Below are positions 20,353 to 32,400 of a DNA stretch of 64,000 nt, piece by piece; the stretch's first letter is position 1, and each line of letters opens with the position of its first letter. Under the pieces are notes generated by a model. The model was given only the letters and a program-made list of their open reading frames with translations. It was not told where the DNA came from and searched no databases. The DNA is from Mayamaea pseudoterrestris (taxonomy: Eukaryota): positions 310,001 through 374,000 of the forward strand of contig BROI01000014.1 of assembly GCA_027923505.1 (NCBI GenBank), given 5' to 3'. The translations under genes and the position numbers were made by a program.

Positions 20353-21873
20353 TTATTTAACCTCCGTATCAATAGCCGCCACAGCGCGACGAATCTCATT
20401 GCTTTGCTCAATCTGAGCGACAAAGTAATTTTCAAACCGACGCTGCTTTTCCGCTTCATCCACATGCACCATGTCCTTGACAATGTAGTAGTGGACATCC
20501 AGGGATTGCTTCCATTCGCCATCGACGTATGACTCCGAGCTGCTACGCTCCAGCTGGCGCATGCGGCTCTTGAGCGACAGCAACAGCGGAAGAAACTCGT
20601 CAACTGACAAGTCATGAAACTTGGCCAGCTTCTCAATCGGCAGACTCCGGTACAGCTTGAGATAGCTGCGCAGCTTGATATTGTATGGCTCCATTTCCTT
20701 CAAAAAGAGCTGCACTTGCTGACGATAAACGGCTTGCGTCGGGTCCGTCGAGACAAACTTTGGCGACTGAAACAACTCCTCGTAGGTGGAAAGACTCTCC
20801 AACCGCGAACCAAACTTTTCGCGCATGGCCTTGGCGACATTGTCATCAATCGAGGCGCCAGGACAGATTTGTGTCAAAATCACCAAGAGCGAAAGCATGC
20901 GGTCGTACTGCTTGTTGAACTGCTCCGAGCCCGACACCTTGTATAGTTCGCCCGTGCGAAAACCTCGCTGCATGAACGAGCAAATGTCCGACAAGCTTGA
21001 CATGGCGTCCTTGTACCGACGAAGCATGAGGTACGACACGGACGCGTGGTAGACGAGCGAGAGGCGCGCCGCAAAGACCGACTGTAGTATTTCTCCAACC
21101 GAAACCCCACCATCCTTGGCAATGACATGATTGTCGTGAGCTGCCAGAGGCGTCAATGCTTGCAAGCAACCCGAGTAGTCGCAGAGCAAGCATTCCAATC
21201 GACTTAGCGCAACAGACGCGAAAATGTTGAGATTCGAATACACCGGCTTGCATTCCTTTGGTGGCATGCCTAGATCGATCAGCTTGTACAAGTACGAATA
21301 GACAGCCTCTACTTCCCATGCATCCTTGGACTGCTGCAAAGCAGTCAAGTTCTCCAGCAAGTGATGACTCGTCGTCGCTTGCGCAGCCACCGTATTCAAA
21401 CTACCATCCGCGTTGATCAATCCCTGCTTGCGCGCCGCTCCATTGACTGCCTGCTTAATTTGACAAAACCCCTGAAACTGGTAAACAAACTCATGAAGCA
21501 AGTCAAAGCACCAGCTCGGTAGCAAGTAAAAGTCCTCGCCTTCCAAAATTTCTTCAAACAGCTCCTTGTAGACCGAAAAGCCTTCAATGCGATCGCGCAC
21601 CGTCGGACGTCCAATGTTATGAAACTGCCGGTGCACCAGCTCCCGATAGATGGCCAGGAACAAGGGACTGCCGTTGCATTCACTGGCAATGGCCTGCGGA
21701 CTCGGCCACGGCTGTTCCTTAAAGTATTTCTGCGACAAGTCGCGAAAGTCGGTTTCGTACAGCTTGGCTTGCTCCTCGGATAGTTGCGACAGAGTCACCG
21801 AGTCGTAGAGGTCAAAGATAAAGTCCAAGACAGCCTTGGGTAGACAGGCAGCTTCCGCTGGTTGTTGAGTCAT
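20353..21873 (-). CDS. EIF3L: Eukaryotic translation initiation factor 3 subunit L
   Basis: LSQKYFKEQPWPS, LPSWCFDLLHEFVYQFQGFCQ, SYLMLRRYKDA, LRSYLKLYRSLPIEKLAKF and HYYIVKDMVHV (Paf67/PCI). Start at MTQQ 21873. Confidence 0.93.
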   Translation of the reverse strand: MTQQPAEAACLPKAVLDFIFDLYDSVTLSQLSEEQAKLYETDFRDLSQKYFKEQPWPSPQAIASECNGSPLFLAIYRELVHRQFHNIGRPTVRDRIEGFSVYKELFEEILEGEDFYLLPSWCFDLLHEFVYQFQGFCQIKQAVNGAARKQGLINADGSLNTVAAQATTSHHLLENLTALQQSKDAWEVEAVYSYLYKLIDLGMPPKECKPVYSNLNIFASVALSRLECLLCDYSGCLQALTPLAAHDNHVIAKDGGVSVGEILQSVFAARLSLVYHASVSYLMLRRYKDAMSSLSDICSFMQRGFRTGELYKVSGSEQFNKQYDRMLSLLVILTQICPGASIDDNVAKAMREKFGSRLESLSTYEELFQSPKFVSTDPTQAVYRQQVQLFLKEMEPYNIKLRSYLKLYRSLPIEKLAKFHDLSVDEFLPLLLSLKSRMRQLERSSSESYVDGEWKQSLDVHYYIVKDMVHVDEAEKQRRFENYFVAQIEQSNEIRRAVAAIDTEVK

Positions 21874-22187
21874 GGTGACAATTGAGTAGATGAAGGTGCT
21901 AGAATACACTAAACGAGACGATCCAAAGGAATGTGCAGCATGATGGCAAAACCGTTCAAACGAGAGGCGATGAAGGGCGTCTGATTGTCGACCGCCAAAA
22001 CCAGTACGACTCTTTCTGCATCTTTTCACGACTGCTCGATCTGTGTCCTGGCACGACTCGCCAAACGGATTTCGGAAATCTGGCGACGAATGTGTCTTGT
22101 TACGTATGGCGAATGTCAAGCTTTTGCGTTCACTGTACCGTAAGAATCGGTGCATAAACAAAGCTTTCGACTCATTAGTTTCAATAG

Positions 22188-22980
22188 ATGCCCACCATGC
22201 CTCGCAGCAAGGAAACGTTACCTTCCACAGACTCTTCGTCAAGCTCATCACGCAGCCGGACCGTCATGTCGTTGTCGGCTTTAAAAATGGGCCTTGACAA
22301 CAAACAACGAGACTTGATACTCATGGACATGGCAGCCTCGCGAAGGAAGCTTGAGGAGGAGAATCGAATGCTCAGGGATGAGCTGGAGGAAGCGCAAGTC
22401 AAGATTCAACTACTAAAGTTCAAGCTCGTTGATCAAGCTCGAAACAACCACGGACTTGGAGGTGCGTCAAGGACTTTGAACAAAAGTTGGTTCCGAAACA
22501 AGGAGTCAAAGATCACAAGAAAAGATATCAAAAAGTTTGAAAAAGCTGCCAATCAACCGTATTTCGGCAAGGTGCGAGCGAAGGATGCGACGTTCCAAAA
22601 TCCGACGGCACCGGGCAGAAAAATCTTTTCGAGCAAAAAGGTTAGTGATGAAAGCAGACTTTACGATACCAGCAAGCCGTCCATTATTTTTTATCCTCAA
22701 TGATAAGCAAGCAAACGATACAACAAAAGGTAATGTCAAGCCGTCGAAATCGCGATCAAAGTTAGCTTCTTCACTGTCACCTCAGACGAAACGACGACCG
22801 GCAAAGATTGCTCCAAAGAAGGGCGCAGTGCAACATCCATCCGTCATGGATAAGTTGACACTGAGCATTATAGATGAGCATTGGCAGTCTGAGGATGCGG
22901 TGTTTGTGGATTACGAGAGCGTTTTGCGCCCGATTCATTGGACGGCATTGAATGGGCAAAGTAAACGCCCTTATACGTAA
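22188..22980 (+). CDS. Hypothetical basic coiled-coil protein, two exons
   Basis: Putative phase-0 intron 22641-22707 (GTTAGT...TGATAAG) joins ORF 22188-22703 to the frame of 22537-22980. Heptad segment LEEENRMLRDELEEAQVKIQLLK. Confidence 0.55.
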
Positions 22981-23043
22981 GAAGTGACTGATAAATCGTG
23001 TATCTTTATAAAGCAGTCATCTACCAGTACTCGGTTCTCGCTC

Positions 23044-26000
23044 TTAGACCTCTGCAGCGTAAAAGGGACATCGATGACAAAGAAAATTTGCAGCACATGC
23101 CACGTAGTCACGTCCACCCCAAGCCACAGTCGACAGTGTATTTGCATCATCCGTTAATGGCTGGAGTGTAAACTGACACAAACGAGTATCTTGATTGGTC
23201 ACCGGTGTGCGCATTTCGACAATGCTAGCCAGGCGATGATTACAATTTTGCTTGCTCGCAAGGCAAAGGTTATTCGCCACCCTTTCAATGTTAGACCACA
23301 TCTGCTCAATGTCAAGCACTTTCTTCAACAAGGACACGGAGCACCAAGACGTTTCCAGAGTATCGCTTGTCAACAGAGCGGTCGGATCTAATAACAACAG
23401 ATCCCCAATGGTAGCAGCAATTAGTCGCGCGATGCGGACATATTCTCCGAGGCCGTGGACAAAGACTTCAAGCTTGCTCGCCACAAGTGCCAAATCACTC
23501 GACGGCATTGCCTTTGCTTCGTCCAACAAGGTAGTTGCCACAAGAAGCTCGTCATGTATAACACTCAGTGCCTGATCCCAGTAAGTCGAGGTCAGTTTTG
23601 TATGCGTTGTCGCTAACATCTCCATCAAGTGCAAGGCACGCTTAATGCGACTCAATTGCTCACTGCTGAGTCGCTGGTCAGTGCCAATGTTCGCATCAAA
23701 GCAGTCTGCAAAGTTAACTTGATCACTTCCGCTCGCTTTATGCAGAAATGCTCCCGGAAGTTGGAGAGAAAGCGAAATAAATTGAGCACGGAGGTCAATA
23801 TGCCCGTCGTCAGCTGGCGATCCGGCAATTAAATCGGTGTCAGCAGCAGCAGGGGCGGCCTGAAAGTCAGCAAAGTCGCCAAAGGAAGCGTCGAAATCAT
23901 CACTGTCAACAATTGGTGCGGAAGACAAATCACCACTCGCTGGATTGTCATTCGACGAGATAAATTCTTCTCCGCCGAGCCCGGTCTCGTGCTCAAAACC
24001 ATCAAACGCGGCGTCAAAAACTGGGTCTGATGGTAACGGATCTATATGTTGAGGGAACAAGTCGGCGTTAATCGCTGTGTGTGTATCAGCAACAGGCGCA
24101 CCCAACTGTGGCTCCGCGGGCCTTTCGTCGTCAATTAAAATGGTTTCAGTAGCTAGGTGACTATCAAAGTCGCCGAACGAATCATCCTCTTCAAAAGCAA
24201 TGGCATTTGATGTGCCGATGACAGCATCTCTCTTCAGTAGATTTACATCGTCAAATTCTTGTAAGGATGGATGAATTCCGAGTTCGTCGTCGTTTGCATG
24301 GTCAACAAAATCTCCAAAGTCGTCCTCATCATCATCAACAACCAGCGCTTCCATGTTCCCATCAACGTCTAACATATTAGTGACTGCAATAGCATTTGAT
24401 GTGACGATGACTGCATCTCTCTTCACTAGATGTTCATCGACACTTTCTTGTGATGATTGATGAATTCCGAGTTCGTCGTCGTTTGACTGGTGAACAAAAT
24501 CTCCAAAGTCGTCCTCATCATCATCAACCAGTGTTGCTTTGCCCCCAACGTCTAACATTCCAGTGCTTGTTGTTGGTACCGACTGCGTAGATGCAGCTGT
24601 TAAAGGTGGCAAAGATACATCCGCTGGTGCGAGAGCATCAAATACAGAAAATGGATCGTCGTTAACAATCGATGGAACTTCTGCGTTATCAGAACCCACA
24701 ACTTCCACATGCGTTTGTGAAGGGTCGACAGACGCATTGTCTTGTTCAGTTTCTGTCGCCGACTCAAATCCCTCTAGATCGTTTGAGTTGGTCGTTGACG
24801 CTGCAGAGTAATATTCAGAATCCTTACGATCGCTTGTATCCGTCACCTGAATGTCATGGACAGCTTCAAACTCACCAAACTCGTCCTGATCGGAGCTCAT
24901 CAAAAAAGATGCATCAGGCTCAGCTTGGTTAGTAGTCTCCGTCATGCTGTCAAGCGATAAAAGTGGAGCATCCTGTATTGGCGCAAGAGCATCAAATGCA
25001 TCCCAACCACCTGTTGTCGTCGGAACCGACGACGCCCTTTCAAGGCTACCATGTTTTACAGTCTCCATTTGAATTCCGACCGGGTGAGTAAGGTTATCTG
25101 GCATTGAAGCAGTCCTCTCTATTGCACCTGGTGACGCAAACTCTATCGCTTGGCCAGAGTCCACATTCATGTAATCCAAAGTTTGACCAAACAGTTCTTC
25201 CACAGATGGCTGATTCACCTCTGAGCTGCCGACAGCGCCACCGGCCTTAATGTTGACACTCGAATCAGATGTGCTTGTCAAGTCGGCGGCGAATGTTGCA
25301 CCAGTCGGAGAATCAGCCAAGGCATGCCCGCCCGCCCCTTCCCGCTCATCAGCATTCGACAGCGAGGACCCGACCGATTTAACGTTCATCGCTGAATCAA
25401 AAGATTGATTCGCATGTATGCTGAGTACACTTGTGTCAGTAGCTAATGCACCCAAAGCATCCCACCCAGACGCGCTCGTCATTGTAAGTGTAGCCTCCTG
25501 CGATGATATAGTATGTTCCAATGCTTCGGCCCCATGTTCCACAAAGTCACCAAAGTCGTCACTCGCGCTATTGTCGTCGTCCTGTACAATTTGCTCATTG
25601 ACTGTAGACTCAAGTGGCCAGTCTGCTTCGTCCATACTACTGGTAGTTGCTAATGCTTCAACTGATTCGTCGTTGCCGTTGGATGTGAACGACGCGTTCA
25701 CCTGCAAGCTCACATCCGCGAGTGCATCCAAGGCATCCCAACCCGTCAACTCTGGTGCTGCTTGTACTGTCGACTCAGGGTGTATACCAAAGGAATCTTC
25801 CACGGCAAAATCCTCTACTGCCTCGCCATGAGCCGCAAAATCGCCAAAATCATCATCGTCGACGTCGGTACTGTTGATTGCTGGCTGCTGCAGTTGCTCA
25901 TCCATGCTGCTGTTGGAAATGGTGGGTTGCAACGCGCTGGCAACATTGTCAAAGCTCATAAACGCATCATCCACCGCAAAGATTGCCGATCCGCTTTGAG

Positions 26001-27081
26001 TATTTGTTGGTGGAACCTGCTGCGAAATATCACTTGACATTTCAAATGATAATGTTGGAGCAATCACATTATTACCTTGCTGTTCTGCAGCAGCTACGAT
26101 TGTCTCTAACTTGTCGTTGTCTCTTCCTACTACTGCTAGCCCTCGCTCAAACGATGGTAGTTGCGGAAGGGGTGCATCCTGCACGCCAGCGAGAGCGTCC
26201 AAGGCATCCCAGCCGGATGGCTCGGCGGAAGTGGAAGTAAAGTCACCAAAGTCGTCGTCGTCGGTTTGCTGTAGTGTTGCTGTTGTTTGCGGCGCGGTAG
26301 CAATCAAGCCATGCTGCTGCTGCGCAAAAGGATCAATGGCGGCGGCTGTACTTGATTCATTCGAAACAAAGGCAGGTACTACTGAGGGAAACGTTTCAGC
26401 CTGTGGCACGAATGAATCGAGTCCGCTTGACGTCGAAGCCACGTTGCCAGTCCCTTGGATGTTTTCAAATACAGCATGTTCCCCTTCATGAATCGTCTTG
26501 GTAAGATTCGACGTATGTGCAGTTCGCTCGCTGCTGTCTTCCATATCAACTTGATTGGTCTGGTAGCTGCGAAACATTTGCGAGTAATTTTCGCCACTAC
26601 TACCATATGATTGTTCCGGCGCATGCTCGCCTCTGCCTCGCTGACCTTCTTGGTAAATCAACTGCAAGGTTGATCCCGACGGCATGCTGATTCCCGCAAA
26701 CACTGGCAGTGGCACCCTATCATTCATCGCCGTCGCCTGCAGACAGGCCGTCATCACGTCCACTGGCGCCACGTTGCCCGCGTGCCGCCGAAACGCACTG
26801 GCCAGCGCCTCCCCCAAGACGCCACACTGCGCCAGCGCAATCAGTCGCAGACTCGCGTGAAACTGTGACAAGTCGGTAAGTGTTCCGACGTTATGAGGAT
26901 CGACAGCACTCCATACGTGCCGCAGTATCAAGCGATCCTGGCCGCTCAATGTCAAGAAAGGAACGGCCTGGCGACCCGAGAGCTCAAAGTCTACAGCATA
27001 ATAGTCGCGGTGAAAGACGGTGCGTAGTAAATAGAGGGCGTAGGCTTCTTCGACGGGAGTTGGACGATAGACGAAAGACAT
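23044..27081 (-). CDS. Synergin-gamma-like AP-1 accessory protein (EH-like N-terminus, many DFGDF motifs, conserved Cys-containing C-terminus)
   Basis: EH-like LSGRQAVPFLTLSGQDRLILRHVWSAVD...FHASLRLIALAQ and eight FG(D/E)F motifs. C-terminal GLGEYVRI...CQFTL...WGGRDYVACAANF resembles my recollection of the synergin-gamma C-terminus. Confidence 0.75.
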   Translation of the reverse strand: MSFVYRPTPVEEAYALYLLRTVFHRDYYAVDFELSGRQAVPFLTLSGQDRLILRHVWSAVDPHNVGTLTDLSQFHASLRLIALAQCGVLGEALASAFRRHAGNVAPVDVMTACLQATAMNDRVPLPVFAGISMPSGSTLQLIYQEGQRGRGEHAPEQSYGSSGENYSQMFRSYQTNQVDMEDSSERTAHTSNLTKTIHEGEHAVFENIQGTGNVASTSSGLDSFVPQAETFPSVVPAFVSNESSTAAAIDPFAQQQHGLIATAPQTTATLQQTDDDDFGDFTSTSAEPSGWDALDALAGVQDAPLPQLPSFERGLAVVGRDNDKLETIVAAAEQQGNNVIAPTLSFEMSSDISQQVPPTNTQSGSAIFAVDDAFMSFDNVASALQPTISNSSMDEQLQQPAINSTDVDDDDFGDFAAHGEAVEDFAVEDSFGIHPESTVQAAPELTGWDALDALADVSLQVNASFTSNGNDESVEALATTSSMDEADWPLESTVNEQIVQDDDNSASDDFGDFVEHGAEALEHTISSQEATLTMTSASGWDALGALATDTSVLSIHANQSFDSAMNVKSVGSSLSNADEREGAGGHALADSPTGATFAADLTSTSDSSVNIKAGGAVGSSEVNQPSVEELFGQTLDYMNVDSGQAIEFASPGAIERTASMPDNLTHPVGIQMETVKHGSLERASSVPTTTGGWDAFDALAPIQDAPLLSLDSMTETTNQAEPDASFLMSSDQDEFGEFEAVHDIQVTDTSDRKDSEYYSAASTTNSNDLEGFESATETEQDNASVDPSQTHVEVVGSDNAEVPSIVNDDPFSVFDALAPADVSLPPLTAASTQSVPTTSTGMLDVGGKATLVDDDEDDFGDFVHQSNDDELGIHQSSQESVDEHLVKRDAVIVTSNAIAVTNMLDVDGNMEALVVDDDEDDFGDFVDHANDDELGIHPSLQEFDDVNLLKRDAVIGTSNAIAFEEDDSFGDFDSHLATETILIDDERPAEPQLGAPVADTHTAINADLFPQHIDPLPSDPVFDAAFDGFEHETGLGGEEFISSNDNPASGDLSSAPIVDSDDFDASFGDFADFQAAPAAADTDLIAGSPADDGHIDLRAQFISLSLQLPGAFLHKASGSDQVNFADCFDANIGTDQRLSSEQLSRIKRALHLMEMLATTHTKLTSTYWDQALSVIHDELLVATTLLDEAKAMPSSDLALVASKLEVFVHGLGEYVRIARLIAATIGDLLLLDPTALLTSDTLETSWCSVSLLKKVLDIEQMWSNIERVANNLCLASKQNCNHRLASIVEMRTPVTNQDTRLCQFTLQPLTDDANTLSTVAWGGRDYVACAANFLCHRCPFYAAEV
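24197..24563 (-). repeat. In-frame internal duplication, period 189 bp, each copy carrying DDDEDDFGDF
   Basis: Copies begin at 24197 and 24386 on the + strand (GCAAT.GCATTTGATGTG...CCAAAGTCGTCCTCATCATCATCAAC). Confidence 0.9.
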
Positions 27082-27455
27082 GGTGATATGTAGTGATATG
27101 ATGGAATGTAAAAAAGTGCGCGATGTTAGTGATGTTTGTGATGGATGACGCCCCATGCTGGCAGTCGCAAGTTATTATCCCTAATGGAGTGCCGCAAGCA
27201 TGTCGCATCTTATGCACCTTTGCTAGTTGCCGCTTTCATAGTAATCGGTTGCGCACCTCCTCGGCAAATTTGACAAGTAATTACTACGGGGAAGCACCCC
27301 TAAAACAAAGCTTATTCTGCTTAATAAGTAAGATATCGAAAAATATAAATCGACATGTGTTGAGCTGGAGGCAAATCGCTCAATCGGCTCCAACCCGGAT
27401 GAACGCTCCGTTCCCTTGAGTAGTAAAGTTAGCTGCTCAGTGTATCACCAAAACA

Positions 27456-29246
27456 TCAAGAAGAATACACTTTCGACCGCATTGGAAGTGCATTTCGAAG
27501 CCATTCGCTAGGCATGTCCTCCAGTTGCGCGTCAGTTTTCCAGCACTCTCCAAGTAGCATTTTGAATTCGTCGTTAGAGCAGGTTTGTTGCTGCAAGTAG
27601 CGAAAAATATGTTCATTGAGACATCCCTGCTGACAACACAACTTGAACGCATGCTGTATCGCCTTCGTCCGTTGCTCCGACGGCGCCATGAACTTGCGGA
27701 CGCTTTTGAACAAGTAGTTGAACGTCAATGACGTTGCTTGACAAGTTGCGTCACTCTGAATGGCACGAAAGGCATCCAGCGCCAGCTGGAGTCCCAGCTG
27801 CCGCACGTCTGCCTTTCCAAACGCGTTCGATCCAACCGACATGAGTGAATTGTACGTGATAAAGTCGGGCTCAAGGTCGTAGTCAATGAGCTCCTGCCAC
27901 ACGCGTCGGGCTTCGACCACCTTTTCGGCATTGGGTGATCGACTGTAGGCATCCAGTACGGCGTTGTAGTGAATAATGCTCACGGGTATGTTGTTGCGTC
28001 GCATGCGCTGCATCATGGACCAGGCTCGCTCGCCCGAGTCGTACTGACTGGACCGGGCAATGGCGCTCAACACGCTCGTGTAGGTTTGTTCGTTCGGCAT
28101 TATATTCTGCCGCTGCATTTGTTCCAGTAGCTGCATGGTGGCATCCAACGCTTCCAGTGGCTGCACGTCAGCCACGAACGCCCACTCGTCAATGAGTGCC
28201 GAGTATGTGACTACGTCGGGCAATACGTTGGGATCATGGTGCGCCCACGTTTCCTCCAGCAGCGCCATGGCCTGCTGCGGCTCTTGGTCGCGACAAAGAG
28301 CTTGAATGACAGCAGTGTAGGTGATTTGGTTCGGCTGCTTATGTTCCTGTTGCATGTTGCGAAGCAGCTGCAGACAGCGCGACGATTCGCCCTTGCAGCG
28401 CGCGTAAGCTTGAATCAAGGTTGTGTAGGAGTAAACGTCCGGCTCTATGGAATACATGCGCATCATGTTTAAGCAGTCATGAGCCTTTTGAGTCGCAGTC
28501 CGGTTGTTTCGACTGGACCAGGCTGCAATGACTGTATTGAAACTGATCTCATCGTATTGTTCACTTTGAATCATCTCCATCAAAATTGACTCGGCCTTTT
28601 CAGCTGCATCACTCTCAATCGAGTTGCGAAAGGCCAGCAATACCGTATTGTAACTAATCAGATTCGGCTGCGCGTTCGAGTTGATGGCCTGCATGTGCCG
28701 CAGTAGCGCTTCCGCCTGCTCGCACAAGCCAGCCTTGGCGAGCGACAGTAGAAAGGCATTGTAGCTGCGCACACTGGGAACTATTTGATGCGCCTCCTGT
28801 TCCCAAAACGCCAAGGCGCCCTCCGGATCTTCCTTATAGGCCTTGAGGACCGTATTGAATGACACCAAGTCGGGTCGCGCCGGATAGTAGCCTTCCTCGT
28901 AGAGGGCGGCGATGCGCTGGTACAGCATTTGCGCATGCTCCGGCGCCTCGGCGCGCGCCAAAACGTCAAGCTTCATGTTGAGACTGGTCAAGGGATCGCG
29001 ACGGCCATTATTGCCAAGGCGAGGCTTTTGTTGTTGCAGGGGAGAATCGTCGAGATGAGACTGCTGCTCGTGTAATTGAAATGATGAATATGACGAAGAA
29101 AACTTTGCTTGATTGGAATGATGGCGTTGTCGCGTCAAAGCATCTTTGCTTTGTATCCTTTGACCAGAAAATTGCAGGCCTTGAATATTGCATGACAGTG
29201 AGAGCGTCCCCATTATAAGTAAATGCATTTGGGGCATCATTTGCAT
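27456..29246 (-). CDS. Pentatricopeptide repeat (PPR) protein, probably organellar (plastid-like leader)
   Basis: About ten ~35-aa repeats (PDLVSFNTVL, PSVRSYNAFL, PNLISYNTVL, PDVYSYTTLI, PNQITYTAVI, PDVVTYSALI, PDFITYNSLM). Hydrophobic leader ending IQG-LQF. Start uncertain. Confidence 0.9.
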   Translation of the reverse strand: MQMMPQMHLLIMGTLSLSCNIQGLQFSGQRIQSKDALTRQRHHSNQAKFSSSYSSFQLHEQQSHLDDSPLQQQKPRLGNNGRRDPLTSLNMKLDVLARAEAPEHAQMLYQRIAALYEEGYYPARPDLVSFNTVLKAYKEDPEGALAFWEQEAHQIVPSVRSYNAFLLSLAKAGLCEQAEALLRHMQAINSNAQPNLISYNTVLLAFRNSIESDAAEKAESILMEMIQSEQYDEISFNTVIAAWSSRNNRTATQKAHDCLNMMRMYSIEPDVYSYTTLIQAYARCKGESSRCLQLLRNMQQEHKQPNQITYTAVIQALCRDQEPQQAMALLEETWAHHDPNVLPDVVTYSALIDEWAFVADVQPLEALDATMQLLEQMQRQNIMPNEQTYTSVLSAIARSSQYDSGERAWSMMQRMRRNNIPVSIIHYNAVLDAYSRSPNAEKVVEARRVWQELIDYDLEPDFITYNSLMSVGSNAFGKADVRQLGLQLALDAFRAIQSDATCQATSLTFNYLFKSVRKFMAPSEQRTKAIQHAFKLCCQQGCLNEHIFRYLQQQTCSNDEFKMLLGECWKTDAQLEDMPSEWLRNALPMRSKVYSS

Positions 29247-29466
29247 GGAGCCGAGGGGAGAAGGTAAAGCAGAAAGTAACGTTATGTTCGTTGGCTCGTC
29301 GCACCCTTCAAGTGTCGTTCCGGTATTTACTGCGACAACGCTAAATTCTACGACGACCACGCAAGATGCGCGCATTACAATTCTGCGCCTCGATTACCAT
29401 GACGCTGCTGCGGCAATTTCATCTTGTCTTTTTCTCGCAAAGTCTCTCTAAACTAACAATCTGCTG

Positions 29467-32400
29467 ATGAAAATTTTGGGTTTGATTGGTTTGGAGTTGT
29501 TGCTTGTGCTTGTCATGATGCTTGCCTGGCGACTGCATGGATTTTCAAGTCTAAAATCAAAAGTTTCATTACAGCTTGCTCGGCCATTTTTGGCGCAATC
29601 AAGTCATCATGTCCAGGATAAATTTGTAGTAAATACGCTAGGAGCTACTTTTTGGAAGCGCGCGTCGATCCGATGTTTCTCAACGGCGACTGACAGCCAT
29701 CTTCAGCAAAATGATTCTCCAATGCCATCCCTCGACGATACATTTTCTTCATCTGCCATTATTACCAAAGACTTGAACCCCTCCCAAGTACAAGCCGTCA
29801 CGCAAGCGTCTCCGTCCATTACGCGCGTCATTGCCGGGCCGGGTTCCGGCAAGACGCGCGTACTCACCTGCCGCATGGCGCACTTGCTGCAGACGGCGTC
29901 GAGTCGCGACCGCATACTGGGCGTCACCTTTACCCGCAAGGCGGCGGGTGAAATGCAGGAGCGATTAATAAAGTTGGTGGAACATGTTGTAAATGATGAC
30001 GAGCAAAGTAAAAAGAATGGTGTACTATCACAGCTGCTGCGTGACGACAAGGACACTTTGCTTGCCGACGAACAACCACAAGACCCAGCGGCAGCCAAGG
30101 TGCAAGCCATGCTGAGTCGCGTGACACTGGGAACCTTTCACTCCGTCTGCGCCAAGATTTTGCGGTGGAATGGACAACTCTTGGCAACCTTGCCTTCGGT
30201 TCGTAGGGAATTGCCGCGTGGCGTCAATATAGATGGGTCGTTTGCCGTCATTGACGAGGCTGGTCAACTTCGTATACTCAAGGACGCTTTGAATGTGACT
30301 GGAATTGATCTGGAGGCACACAAGTTGAAACCAAAGCCGCTGCTGACTGCGATTGCTGACTGCAGAGCCAAGCTATCCGAGGGACAGAATCCGTTTGTGA
30401 CGGAGGAGCGAAAGCCCTTGCCCAAAGTGTTGCAGATTGCGCAGCAAGTACTTCCAGTCTACCGCGAAAAGCTCATTGGACACAATTGTCTGGACTTTGA
30501 TGATTTAATTTACTTCACCAAGGAACTACTGGAGGAGCATCGAGACGTGAGGGAACGGCTGCATCGCTTTTGGCCGCACATTCTCGTCGATGAATTTCAA
30601 GATACGTCGCGATCGCAAATGGATATTGTCAAGCTCTTGTCGACGGACAGTCTCTTTATCGTTGGAGACGCAGACCAGTCAATCTATTCTTGGCGTGGCG
30701 CACACGTTGGATCGTTGTATGACTTTGAGGACGAGTATCGTCACCTTCATGGCGGTGTACAGACAATCTACTTGATGGAAAATTACCGCTCGACGGCCAA
30801 CATTGTACAAGCGGCCCAAAAGGTTATATCCCATGCTCCCGGGAAGGATTCTTCTCGGTCAGATAAGCTGCGAAAGAATATGAAACCGAAACGAGAAGCT
30901 GGAGCGCTGCCGAGGATTGTGGCCATGGCGGACGATGTTTCGGAGGCTGCCTTTGTCACGCAAACAATCAAGGACGGTGTTACAGCTGGAAAATACGAGC
31001 CGAGTCACACAGCTGCTGTCTTGTATCGCACAAATGCGCAATCACGCGCACTTGAAGAAGCGTGTGTGAAAGCAAACTTACCATATGTTATCGTTGGTTC
31101 GTCCACCAGCTTTTACAAGCGTCACGAGATACGAGACTGTTTATGTTTTCTACGATGGCTTTACAACGGCCGAGACCGTGTTGCAATGTTGCGAGCACTG
31201 GAGACGCCCAAGCGAGGCATTGGTGATCGAGCAGTCCAGGAGTTTGATTCATATTGCCAGGAGGTGGAAGCGTTTTATGAAGAATCACGCCCCGGCTGCG
31301 CAATTCCGACCCCTTTAGACGTCTTGCTGTCGTTAACTGAGATACCAGAAAATTCTTTGGACGCAAATGTACCTTTACCCCTAAGCACCATCTCGAAGCG
31401 TCCATACAATCTGCTCAAAGATTTTGCGATTAAGCTTTACAAAATACATATTATGGCACGGACAGAAACGCTGGAAAAGGTTTTGGCGGCCATCATTGAT
31501 GATTTAGCGTTGCTTCCTCATCTTGATAAGATCTCCAATTCTTTTGCCGAGTTCGAAGAGCGAAAGGCCAACGTCCGCGAACTGCAGCAGGCGACGAGTC
31601 GCTATCAAGGCGCCTGCCTTGTGAAGGATGTTGCTGAGGATGGAGGTTTCGCTGACTCACCACTCGGAACGTTCCTCGACGATGTCGCTTTAGTAACTGA
31701 AGTGTCAGACGAGGAAGCAACAGAGGACCGGTTCGTTGTCAAGCTGATGACCATTCATGCGAGCAAGGGAATGGAATTCGATATCGTTTTTGTTGTGGGA
31801 AATGAAGACGGTACTTTTCCGACATCGCAAGCCATTCAAGAGGGGGACGGATCAATAGTTTTGGAGGAAGAGAAACGACTCTGCTACGTCGCCATGACGA
31901 GAGCCAAGACGGAATTGTTCTTGTCGTGGCGAAAGTCTGTCAGCACTTTCACTCCAGCTGGCATTCGCACAGTATCACGAGATATGAGTCGTTTTCTAAA
32001 CATTTTGGTTGGCAACAAGAAGGTTGGCAAGAACAAGGATGAACCGGCTACTAGAGAGTTTACAAGGACGAATAACTCTCGTCATCAGGGTGCCGCTTAT
32101 CAACCTACTCGACAATTCTATTCTGCTGCGGACTTTAAGAAAAAGGGCGCAGCCAGTTTCTATGCCCAGAACCGAAAACCTGTCAAACCAATTCCTATAT
32201 CCCAGACACGCGAATTATCAGGAACAACCAGCATTTACGGCAGCCGTCGGAAAGCCTCAATACTTCCAACATCGCCACCACTAAGTCATTCATCACCAAT
32301 AAACGATCGTCCACAGATACCGAACATTGTCGCCAAACTCCCGACTTCGAACCAAGTCTTTAATCCAAAATCTGTTGAGAAGACAAGCCGAGATCTATAT

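Noticed and set aside
21874..22251. N-terminal extension of eIF3L overlapping the next gene
   Set aside because: No eIF3L-like sequence upstream of MTQQ; it spans the divergent promoter and is probably an incidental open frame.
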